DNA of 61,554 bases, filler included, from Choristocarpus tenellus KU-1152 (Eukaryota; Protista; Phaeophyceae), in assembly GCA_964200185.2 (NCBI GenBank). It is 11 parts of 11 records of this genome, joined end to end, with 100 filler letters (N's around TTAATTAATTAA, not from the genome) between each part and the next. Parts side by side here need not be neighbours in the genome. Positions count along the whole stretch, not along the records: positions 48,145 to 53,303 come from CAXNAD020011663.1; positions 53,404 to 57,863 come from CAXNAD020014445.1; positions 57,964 to 61,554 come from CAXNAD020019071.1; 8 more parts are not named here. One strand, written 5' to 3'. The notes under the pieces were generated by a model. That model was given only the letters and a program-made list of their open reading frames with translations, had not been told where the DNA came from and searched no databases. The translations under genes and the position numbers were made by a program. Shown in pieces: positions 51,101 to 61,554 of this stretch. The stretch's first letter is position 1. Every line of letters starts with the position of its first letter.

Positions 51101-53303
51101 GCACCTGAATATTACCTCCCTCCCCTGGTGCTACATTTCATCCTAATCTATGATTTTAAAAAAATCTACATACACAAAACCTAGATTTAAGTGCCTTAAC
51201 TCTTTTTAATGGTGTATGGCATGAAGTTAAAAATCGCTATTAGAAAGTAGGTACGTAGCGGAAGAGTGGCATGATGAGAGCACAAAACTCCACGTGGTCC
51301 CAGAGTGAACCACTGCTTCCCCAACCAGTACTGCAGAGCATTAATACATTTCACTTGAGGTGGCTCTGAAGATGGTATCACATCCAAAAGTCTAAGCCTG
51401 TGGACTCCGGTTACTATCATATATTACGAACAACACTATTTTTTTTCAAGTCCCCTATTAGCGCAAACTAGGGTCCAGCGCATAGACACCGTACCCGTCC
51501 GTATATGAGGCCATTCAAGATGTTGTGTAAGCTGTTTTCCCTCTCATCATGGTGATGAACACCCTTAAGCAACCCACAGTAAGAAAGATATATACACAGC
51601 ACTACATACATTTCTTATATATATATATATATATATTTGCTCACAAGAAATATAATGTTACCCTGTTTAGTACAGTACAGTACGTAGTAGCAGATACCCC
51701 CTCTAAAACAAAAACCCACCCCCCAACAAAGAAAGACATAAAATGTTACCCTGCTACTCCTGATCACAGGCACCAGTAACAGATATGTCTTGAGACCGCA
51801 TCTCACGACTGGGTTGCTCATAACCAAAAAAAAGAAAAAGAAAGGGGAGGGGGAGAATCAAAAGAAAACTCCTCTTGAAAGGGAAAAATAGATGAGAAAA
51901 CGCTGAGAAAACGCTGAGAAAACACTGAGAAATCACTGCCCCATAACAAAAAAGAAAAAAAAATACTGTGAAAAGTACATAGTGAAATAGACATTTTAAA
52001 CGCGTAATGGTTGAGCAGAAGTAACCCTAAGTAGAATCCTTGACCCTCATCTACCTCCCCCCCCTTCCCTGCGCAACGGAAGTGTACTTCTGACCTTGCG
52101 GACCATCTTGACTGCCACCTGACGCTGCCGCTTTGTGTCCCAGCATTCCACCACCCGCCCAAAGGTGCCAATACCTACATCGCCCACGACCTCAAAGCGG
52201 TTGCCAATCAGCGTGCCTTTGCCGCCCTATAATTTTTTATTTATTTATTTTAAAAAGAGGACAAAAAGGAACACACACATCAACCAATGGAGGTAACCGC
52301 ATAGCACAATACTAAATGTAAAAGAAATCAGAAAGGAATGTAATAGAAACAAAGCCACTGTTTGGTTACAGTCACAACAGACTACATTAAAACAAATTGT
52401 AACAAAAATGTTTTTTTCTTAAGATATGTGTGGCAGCTGGTTGGCGTTTTATCTGCCTAGATGGGAGAATGCTTCCGAGTTGTGACCCTCGTCCCTCCAC
52501 AGCACCCACCAACTGAGCACAAACATAAAATACTATTGTAAGGAGACATGAGATTAGGTCCTTGGGGGATTGTAGTAATGATCAAGGTCAGGTAGTCTAT
52601 TCCCCACAATGTCACCATCACTTAGTGCAGGTTAGTGTAAGTACCAAGTACCTTGTGGAATGAGGAACCCTCGGCAACATTATCATAGCCAGTATCCATT
52701 TCTACATAAAATTACTAATTTTCCGTGAAAAAGAAAGTTACAGGAGGATAGTCTAAATCATCGCAGAATCTCAATCTGCTGCTGTACAGGAAAAGACATA
52801 TATGATTCAAACCAGTATGTTACCCCACATTCATGCTTTCTAACTCTCCATCCCACCCATGTGTAATCCCATCAACACACAGGAGACATCATGCCAGAAC
52901 TCCCTGGGAGACCTAGGAAAAAAAATAAAAAATAAAAAGCACTTGGAATGGGCAGAACAAGCATTGAGTACACTGTGAAAAAAAAACAAGCATAACACTA
53001 TTAATTTATTGCATTGAAATATCCAAACCCAAACCTTAGAGATTTCTTGCCTGAAAATGCCCCTGTGTATCATCCCTGCTTCCACCGCTGTGATGACCAT
53101 TGCGCTTCCAGCTTCCCTCAGATCCATCATCCCAGCTAGACGAGCTCCGCCCAGCTCGCTTCCTTCCCCATTCCCCGTTCCGCCTTCCATTATTCTGTCG
53201 ACTGTCCTCTCTACGATGCCTTGCCTCCCCCCCCCGGCGACCACGCCCCTCTTCTCTGTGGCTATCTCTGGTGTGCCTGCTCCCACCCCCTCCCCCCCCC
53301 CCT
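48200..53303 (-). CDS. LAMMER/CLK-family dual-specificity protein kinase, partial
   Basis: Exons contig end-53051 (Arg/Ser-rich, ending SRDDTQGHFQ), 52226-52095 (GGKGTLIGNRFEVVGDVGIGTFGRVVECWD...VAVKMVRK), 49480-49232 (VRKYHESALIEADIL...GHCCLVFECLGQSLYDYLKKN) and 48341-48200 (FLHSMKLIHTDLKPENVLL...EIK). DDxxGH, HTDLKPEN and SLYDxLKxN are CLK/LAMMER hallmarks. Confidence 0.93.
48661..48724. repeat. 25-bp tandem repeat, about 2.5 copies (kinase intron)
   Basis: Unit TACCTACTTTGATGTAACATGATAA. Confidence 0.85.
48916..48946. repeat. Short interstitial telomere-like (CCCTAA)n tract
   Basis: About 5 units. Shorter TTAGGG tracts lie at ~1666-1683, ~14158-14172, ~61202-61219 and ~61514-61528. Confidence 0.75.
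49095..49181. repeat. CATA / CATACATAA microsatellite (kinase intron)
   Basis: 4-bp then 9-bp units; gives the spurious LCMLCM translation in the ORF track. Confidence 0.9.
50157..50238. repeat. 12-bp tandem repeat, about 7 copies (kinase intron)
   Basis: Unit GAGACACAATAA. Confidence 0.9.
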
Positions 53304-53816
53304 NNNNNNNNNNNNNNNNNNNNNNNNNNNNNNNNNNNNNNNNNNNNTTAATTAATTAANNNNNNNNNNNNNNNNNNNNNNNNNNNNNNNNNNNNNNNNN
53401 NNNCCCCCTCCCGGATACTTTGAGCCATGCAGATATTTTTGTGTACACCAAACTGTCTTGTAGGACGGTATTTCCTTGCTGAGAGACTATCCCTTTTTCT
53501 TTCAATACTCATGTCAGTTTTTTTCACACACACACTTCCTCCACTTCCAATTGACATCTGTGTTGTCTTGATACACATATCAAGCCACATAGAGGGGGGG
53601 GTAATGTGAGAGCCATCTTCTAACTAAGGTATACCTTTAAGATGACGTACCTTCAAGCCCTGTTGCTCATATTAGAACATCTGCTTTTGGATGTTGAAGT
53701 TAACATCTGCTTGAAGTAAATCCTGTGTGGTTTGAAGGGACCTTGCAACCCTCCCTCATTCACTTTTGCGTGTTCGCTCTTTCCTGAGTATCTTCTGAGA
53801 GATTGCTCTCCCTCCT

Positions 53817-54076
53817 GAGTGAAAGTATCTTAGAGAGGGCAGGAGTTTTGCCCTGTTTGTCCGTTTGGGGCTTGGCTTACCACGAGCTTTTTTATTACTT
53901 CTTCCTACACCAAAATGTTTTGGAGTAGGGAAATGTATACTCTATGAAAATTTATGTCCTGAATAAGTATATTGACACTTCCTAACAAACACGATAGCCA
54001 AAATTACATCAATATCGCAAAATTGGTTTTTGACCTCCAAACAGACGTGGCTCGGCCCTCTAAGATACATTGACTC
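53817..54076. mobile_element. MITE subfamily A, TSD TCCT
   Basis: GAGTGAAAGTATCTTAGAG ... CCCTCTAAGATACATTGACTC, flanked by TCCT on both sides. Confidence 0.87.
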
Positions 54077-54941
54077 TCCTGTCTCGTCTCTCTCTATTGC
54101 CTTCCTCCTGTGGGTTTCCCGTTCCCCTTCAGTCTGGAGAACTTGTCGGCCTTTTCCCCATCTGTTTCAGAGATACTGAAAATTAATACTATTTTGCCCT
54201 CTGACATTTTCCATATGACAAGGATCTCTCAAAAAGTAAGAGTTGTCTCAACCAGTTTCCTCCAAAAACAATTTGAAAACTGATTAGGAACCAATCTTCC
54301 CTTCAAATAGATTCTTCACTACAAAAGTATATATTCACAATATAAGAAGTAGTAGTAGAAATGTACCTATATATCGCGAACTTCGAACCTATTGCTAACC
54401 ATAACACCCTCAAATTGCAAGAAATTGAATATTTGTATATTTATGATATTGAATTGACGTTTTACTTGACACATCTCCAAAATGTCCGACTACAATATAT
54501 ATACAATATGTGTATGACATACTACTCTGATTTCAAATATGCTCTGTTTATCACCATATTCCTGTCTTTGACTCTTTCGTTAAGGGATAAGCGATAGTGT
54601 TCTAAGATGCGTATATTAATTAAAAAATTGAACGTCTACTATATAAAATAGGATGTTAAATCCTTCCCTCTACATATCTTATCACTCCAACTCCATACAT
54701 AGAACACTTACTCCCACATAAGATATGGTTTGAACGGTTAAGATTTTCATAAATCCTCACAAACACAATACCAGGCTTCAATCGTGATTTAAATCTTGAT
54801 ATATTTTTTCCGGGGAACGTACCTAGAGCAACAAGAGTCAGACCGTTTTAACTCGAAGTCCACTATCAATACCCCACCTCACTCCCAGTCTAGCAAATTC
54901 ACCCACACCACAACATCTTCCTTCTTGAAACATTCGTGAAA

Positions 54942-56857
54942 ATGAAGTTCTTCGCCATCGTTGCCCTTCTCCTTGCCACCATCGGCATCACGTCAGCTCA
55001 TCTTACTTCTATCACGTCTGGTTCGGAGTATGACGTTGTACAACACGTGACCGACGTGAAGGTCAAGGCCACGGCTTACGACATGCGCCCCAGGGCCGAA
55101 GGAGGCTGTTACAAAAAGGGCTGCAAGCCTGAATTCGTCGTGGTCAGTACTTGCCTATCGAATCGAAAATCTCGGAATTCAGACTGTGGTGTTCTTTTCT
55201 CTCTCTAAAATAATACCTGTGTGATGCCTTCTCAAGCCCCATGTCCTAGGTAGGCAAAAATATCCTACATACCCTTGGGCAAACAGAGCGTAGGAATCAC
55301 GAAAACTACCCTCCCGTCTCAATCGGATGCAGGACGGAAGGGTCAAAGACTTGTCTCGCTGGTCATGCAGCGAGGACATCGCGGATGACGAACAGTGCAT
55401 GCTAACACTTGTGTTTGATGAGAGGCAAGAAGTTGTCAAGGTTGGCATTGGTGAGTCCCTTCTCTACCCTACTCTTGCGTTGGTCGTTCGTCCACTAGAC
55501 GCTGATGTGAGTATTACTCTGTGTATCATGTGTCTCTGTCTCGTGCAGGTCGCGCATGCCGTGCGCGTCGCGTATTGCATTGATGTTATGTAACACACAA
55601 TTTGTAGTAGCTCAGCATGAACAACTTGAAAGCTAATCCTACTACGTTCCACATGGTCATTTACACAATGTTCGCAACTCAAACTCTTGCCGATATACCC
55701 TCTGGAAGCCTTTTATAAGGGCAAGGAGAGGATGCGCACGTTGAAGGTGGTAGCGAACGGGTCAAAAGATCTTGGAGAGATCACATCTAGCGGAATGAGC
55801 AGAGACTTCGAGGTAGGTCTATTCGCCTAATTAATCTCTTGCTGACTACCCAGAATCTATCTCGCAAAGTTCTCATCAACTTTGCAAAAGTCAAGTAAGT
55901 TGATTCCCCTACTCTAGATATCTAGACCTGTAGTATTTGTCGTGGGGTGTGCAATATAGGCGAAGATTACTGGCATAGTACTAGCTTCACAGGAAAGGTG
56001 ACATAGTATGAACAACGGCAGGACACATTTTGATGTGTCAGCTGACGTGTGCAATAAGATAATCAGAGAGAGTACCCCCCCCACCTCAAGGGATAGTGCT
56101 CACTCCGCCATTAAATACACCCATACAGCATAATGAAAAGACTATTGAATGGCTTCCTATCTCAAGGGATAGTGCTCACTCCGCTATTGAATACATCCAT
56201 ACAGCATAATGAAAAGACTATTGAATAGCTTTCTTTTTGCATATTATGGGGAAAACACTGCCTAGGAAGATAAACATCGATTGACTTCATTCCATGTCGA
56301 GATCTTTCTCTTGCATCGTCCATTGATACTAACGGCCAAGACTTTTGCGTCCTTGTTTGTTGTGTTCCTGGATTTCTCTTTGCTACCATCAGTGGTTTGA
56401 GATCTATGCCTCCAAGGTCAGGACGCTGTCTTTCCAATCCATCAATCTGGATGATGACGAGTGGATCAGTATTACCGAGGTGGGTCACTCCATGTACTAA
56501 TTCTACGTAGGGGCTGCAGGTTGAGAGTCACAAGCACGTAACACCTGGTATGGTACATTGGGTTCTAACCTGGAATGCGCGTTGACCAAACAAAATGTAG
56601 GATTGTCGTCCAAAGGCTTACCGATATTGAAGGTTAAAAGCTAGTCAACTACTGAAGAGTTCTCTATGTCATGGATTAAATTGCATCTGTTTGGATCAGT
56701 TTTGTGAGATCGAATAAAAAGTTATCTCACCCAAGCCCCATTTACACACTGAGCCCATATGCTAATAATGCTGATGCTATGCCCAATCTCTACTGATTGC
56801 ATTGTTCCCATCTCGCCTCTGTTTCAGATTGCTGTCATGGTGCCTCGTGATGATTAA
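54942..56857 (+). CDS. Secreted F5/8 type C / CBM32-like (galactose-binding-like) domain protein, 5 exons, 179 aa, complete
   Basis: Exons 54942-55142, 55333-55450, 55709-55812, 56393-56479 and 56828-56857 (540 nt, in frame). Signal peptide MKFFAIVALLLATIGITSA, then YDMR...GGC...GC...DG...SRWSC...C.LTLVF...IAFYKGKERMR...SSG...FE...WISITEI, the discoidin-like pattern seen in brown algal extracellular proteins. Confidence 0.8.
56086..56231. repeat. 75-bp tandem duplication (intron of CBM32-like gene)
   Basis: CTCAAGGGATAGTGCTCACTCCGC...GACTATTGAAT occurs at 56086 and 56161. Confidence 0.85.
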
Positions 56858-57790
56858 TAATATTTGTTGTGGTCTACTTCCTCTTGATATGGGGAAGCTG
56901 TTCGCAGTGGGAGACTGGAAGTGGCACATATTAGCTAACTGAAGGTTTTAGGTACCATTTGTAGAAAGGAATCTTTTGTTTCTTCCGTGAATCCTTGACT
57001 AGATCTCTTGATAAGCTCAGAGAGGATGGTGTGTATCGAGGATCATGGACCTGTGTTCTTTATGCACCTTACAATTTTCCTCCTTCGATTGGGTCGTGTA
57101 TCCTACTGTTGTATTGAACTTTGAAGTATGTTGCCTTCGCCAGCATTGAGCTCAATTTGTGAGAAGAAACACAGGTAGCAGTATTAATAGTATCACATAT
57201 ATTTCAACTCCAGAACCAACTTTCGACGGTCAGAGTGGATAATTGTCTAGTGGATAATTGTCACTGGCGAGATACCCAAGCAAGACTACATCTGGGATGG
57301 TGTTATGTGTGTATGTGTACGAGTAAGGTGTATTGCCTCCTTTTAGTGCAGGGTGGACCGTGTTCTCACTGACTTGTGGTAGAATAGGTGCATTTAAAGG
57401 TTTTATAAGGTAGCAGTGACAGTAATGAAGAAAATATTGGTGAGATCATCTTGATGGTCGCAACCAACTTCACAAGAACCTCTTATACACGTATCAAAGA
57501 TACTACTATTATGATTACAGTAACTTGCATAGAGGCAAGAGTGTAAAGGTAGTCAAGCGCTCCTCCTGGCGCTCTCACCGCTTTCCTTGGGATTGCTACA
57601 ATGTATGTGCTGGTATATGTGTAGATGGTATACATGACACGGACATACACAAGAATCCAAACCAGTTGATGATAGGCAGGTTGTGACCCTTTTGTATTTG
57701 ACCACCGTTCTATTCTATGTGGAATGCTCTCTATGCTTTTGCTTCATGTGCAGAATAGAGTATGCAAAATTGATATTCTCCCTTCCTCAA

Positions 57791-57976
57791 GCCTCAAAGT
57801 ATCTGGGAGGGGGTAGCGGCTGTCCAATTGGGGTCAATTTTTTCGTGTCACGATTTTTGGGTGNNNNNNNNNNNNNNNNNNNNNNNNNNNNNNNNNNNNN
57901 NNNNNNNTTAATTAATTAANNNNNNNNNNNNNNNNNNNNNNNNNNNNNNNNNNNNNNNNNNNNCCGAAGACGACAG

Positions 57977-58013
<37 letters not shown>

Positions 58014-58027
58014 AGATACTTTGACCC
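57791..58027. mobile_element. MITE subfamily B ends on either side of an assembly spacer (probably two different copies)
   Basis: GCCTCAAAGTATCTGGGAGGGGG before the gap and C(n)GAGATACTTTGACCC after it. The flanks (TCAA vs TATA) do not match. Similar B ends start contigs at 19928 and 53404. Confidence 0.65.
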
Positions 58028-60729
58028 TATAAATCAATTTCTCAATCTTTTTGAAGTAACCCATGTAACTATGGGAAGTGCTAGCTTGATTTGATAGGGT
58101 TGGTTTCTCTCTTTTTTGAAAATTTCTGGTTAAAATTTGGAAAACACTCATTTGTAAGAACTACCGAATTTTGAACATATTTGCTGGCATCCATAAGTGC
58201 AAATATGGGTACCTCTCATTTACTTCGACCCTAATATCCCACTCCCCCCCCTCCTGCACATGTGACTGATGACAAATCCCACCTGTTGACTTTCTTCAGG
58301 TCTGAGAGGACTGGCTTAATCCACCTCTTGACCTTTTTTACCTTCTCGCACCTTTACAGATCCCATATCAAGGCATGGGAGACCCCAGCTCTGGTGCCCA
58401 TTTGCAGAAGGATGTGCTGGGACATCCCAAATGTTGAGGATACTGGTATGGTGGCCGCACTGCACCTTGCGACATTGTACTCCTTCAGATGACAAACGTG
58501 GTGATTCAAGAAATTCCTCTGCGATTGCCGCTGCCGCCCCCTGAGGCATCCGAGTCTTGCACTCTCTCATCTGCAAATATTGCGTCACCATGCTGTTCTT
58601 CATCGGGGTGTTTGAGTCCTGAACCGGGATAGATTTATGAGTTGAAGAATTGAGACCGATGGGTGACAATGGGATGAACGAGCCGCTCGAAAGATGGAGG
58701 CACAATCGTCCTAGGCATCCCAACAAGCACCCGCTTTGTGACTAACCCACGAGATTTTCGAACCCCTACATGATCGACTTTGCACTGGCGATCCTCCACT
58801 GTCATGACAGCCCACCATTTCAAACTTTGCACGCCTCCCAATCTGTCTGAGAACTAAGCCTTATTACATTTATTATGTGGGTCATTCTCAGGTAAGGTAT
58901 GCGGCTTGCAAAAGTTATTTTTACATTTAATTCCGAATAGAGGAAGTACAAAGGAATGCGTATGCAGGTATGATTCTAAGGTGTAGTAAAGAATATAGAA
59001 TCACAAATCATAAATCATAATTATTTAGGAGATAAATGATCCGCTATTATTTCAACCTGATCAACAATATTTATGTGAGACCACCTTCCTGCCAAGATAT
59101 ACCATTATAGGGTCCTTTCTGTAGAAGGTACACCTCAAGGTCTGTTTCCTTAGATGGCATTACCATTGCTTCCTGTTCACGACAATATTGGGTTCCCCAG
59201 TGAGCTTACAAACCCCCTCAATCACTTTCTATATTCACTCCTTCCCTGAGTGTCCTTTTGACGGGTTGCTCACCCTCCTGCCTTGTGTCTCTCCTTTTCC
59301 TTCCCCCTCTGGGCCTTCCTGTTCCCCTTCAACCTCAAGAACCTCTCCGTACGTTTCAAAAATCTGTTCCACACTTACACCTAATATATTTTTGTTGTGA
59401 GACATGTTCCAAAATTGGTTGGTTGTCTAATGTTAACAATTTCTAGTTCAGCAAACTCTGGAAAGCGAGATGCTACGAGTGCATGTGTAAAAAAAGGGAC
59501 GTTTCACAACAATCAAATATTTGGATGAACGTCCGTTGAATGTGGCATCTGATCGTTCACGTTATTGTAACTGTCAATGACAAGTGGTTTGGAATTGTTG
59601 GGACATTCCAGTTTGTCATTGATGTTGATCTACAGGTGACAAATTACAAAGAAATGTCAATATACTTTTACCCAATCATCATTATTACACTAATATTACA
59701 CTACTATGCGCGCGCGGAAAAATGAATTAACTGATACCATTTCCTAATAAACCATCAAAGTTGTCAACAAACAAAATTGTTGTTACAATCCTACCCCTGC
59801 AATTCTCATCCTTGCCTTGATTTGGCGCTAGGTGTAGGGGCATTTCAGCATCTGCAGACCCCAGGAATCTCGGTGAAGGTAGGATGTGTCCGAGTTCTTT
59901 TATTGGAGTCCTTGGTTGGCCTGGACGAAGTGGTGGACGAGAGTTGCAAACTACGAAATTGCTCCATATATAGGCAAGAGAGGAAGATGTCGTCCTCCAC
60001 TGCAAACTCAAATCGTGCTTGCCTGATACTCTGTATATTTTTCGTAAACAGAAGTCAGCGGTGAGAGGAAAGGGTTTCGAGGAATCCTGATTGTTCTTGT
60101 TGTTTGCCATTTCGATGGATGTGTTTAACTTCGGGTTTTTCTATAATACCACCACCCCACTCATTCAAATTTTGTATTCAATGATGGTTGTTAATCTGAG
60201 CTTGTGAACATGATTGAGTCGAGCCCACTCCTCCACGTACGAGAGTTATTGTCATATATATATATATATATATCAGCGCAACCTTTCTTGTAGCCTGTGA
60301 AGTATCTTTAAATCTATGCATGGCAGACCACGGATATCACGGATAGAGAGAAGTTGAATGTTGACCTTGCAACATTAGCTTACTCTGTTGCTTGTCTAAT
60401 GTGGGAGAACTGTTTGATGTCTGGGATGTGAATGTTGAGATATAGTTGGCTATCACGCCCAACCTCAAATTACTTGTTGCATCCTTGACGGGTTCATACT
60501 TGTGCATTTCAGATTGTTTTCATCCTCCTGAAAAATCTCCTTTTCCAACCACAATCTTGCAGCACTACCGTTAGATATGTGTCGAGACATTGGCTGCATC
60601 AATCTTGTTCCTATCCCACCCTTTCACCCAGTACTTGAACACCATATGAATGTGAACAGGTCTCGGACCAACCGTTGACATTGGTGTTCAAACCTTGCCC
60701 AAGAAGCAACACTGCCAATTCGTTAACCC

Positions 60730-60990
60730 ATGCCTGGACCGGGCGGTGGTGGAGGTGGACCTGGGGGAGGTTTCGGTGGAGGTCCTGGTGGCTTTGGGGG
60801 CCCAGGCGGCTTTGGAAGACCTGGGGGTCCTCCTGGCTTTGGGGGTCCTCCTGGCTTTGGGGGGCCTAGGGGTCCCATATTTTTTGGAGGGCCAATGTGG
60901 GGTCCCCGGGGTGGTCCGAGTGGTCCATGCTTTTGCTGTTGCTGTCCAATCCAGGTCATTGTGTGTCTCGTTATCTCCTATGTCATCCTG
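60730..60990 (+). CDS. Gly/Pro-rich protein with Cys cluster and C-terminal hydrophobic segment (CYSTM-like), first exon
   Basis: MPGPGGGG...GPPGFGG repeats, then PCFCCCCPIQVIVCLVISYVIL, then the donor GTGAGT at 60991. The downstream exon is unresolved. Confidence 0.6.
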
Positions 60991-61554
60991 GTGAGTACAG
61001 TGTAGAACCTCATATGCAGTTGTATGTTAGGAGTTCATGTAACATCTTGCATATATTTTTTGTCGTTTTTTTATGTTGGTGTTTGATGTTTAGCTATTTC
61101 TGGATGTTCCAAATCATGTCTCCTAGGTTCTGGTGTGGTATAGTGTGCCGTTGTTGCAGACACGAAAGCTTTTCACCCATTTTGTACTATTTTGCGTTTT
61201 CTTAGGGTTAGGGTTAGGGTTTTTCTGTCTGTCTGTCTGTTCCGCATCATGTTTTGTGTCTCGCAACTCCTCACAGTGCGTTGTGATGACTCTCACTATC
61301 TTTTAAACATTACCTTCTGTATTTAACTCTTCTTTTGTCCTTTTTTTCTTTTCTTATGATTTGGAATAATATTAGTAGTGCTCCCCTCCCTGCCTGCTGC
61401 CCGCTTGAAGTCCTTTTTTGTGACTCATCTCACCACAATCTCCTACTTTCAGAGGCACTTTTTTTTTTTTTTTTTTTTACAGTGAGCAGTGCTTGCCTTC
61501 CGCCCGTCCTCTTGGGTTAGGGTTAGGGTCTTGAAGGGTCGCTTTGATTTAATT

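Noticed and set aside
58316-58726. Possible mariner-like transposase N-terminal fragment (PQGAAAAIAEEF)
   Set aside because: The resemblance is too weak, and no catalytic motifs or TIRs were found.
60723-60959. Minus-strand extensin/collagen-like PPGPPKP ORF
   Set aside because: Antisense of the Gly-rich + strand exon, which has an ATG, a Cys/TM segment and a consensus donor.
61202-61528. TTAGGG tracts as a true chromosome end
   Set aside because: Only 2-3 units each, embedded in unique sequence; similar short tracts occur inside introns elsewhere.

Overview
Eukaryotic, intron-rich nuclear DNA, most likely a brown alga (Phaeophyceae) or close stramenopile. This is inferred from a Pmp/adhesin-like beta-helix gene, a secreted F5/8-type-C/CBM32-like protein of a family expanded in brown algae, and TTAGGG repeats. 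The window is 11 contigs joined by ten 100-nt artificial spacers (N44-TTAATTAATTAA-N44), so neighbouring genes are not necessarily linked. By hand-splicing exons I recover: a complete mitochondrial inner membrane peptidase (IMP2-like) gene, tRNA-Pro(AGG), an Asp-rich protein fragment, a Pmp-like gene (5' part), a large Tudor-like-domain gene (partial), a PAP2 lipid phosphate phosphatase (3' part), a ubinuclein/Hpc2-like gene (partial), an anoctamin/TMEM16 (5' part), a LAMMER/CLK kinase (partial), a complete 179-aa secreted CBM32-like protein and a CYSTM-like Gly/Pro-rich protein. The most notable non-genic signal is a ~260-bp MITE family with GAG/GAC...CTC/GTC termini and 4-bp TSDs (Sola2-like), in two subfamilies, one with poly-G tracts in its TIRs. 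Also notable are a CCA-ended tRNA 3' half flanked by 13-bp direct repeats and two introns that need GC donors. I found no CRISPR array, operon-like system or clear giant-virus insertion, and nothing I can call a new multi-gene system.
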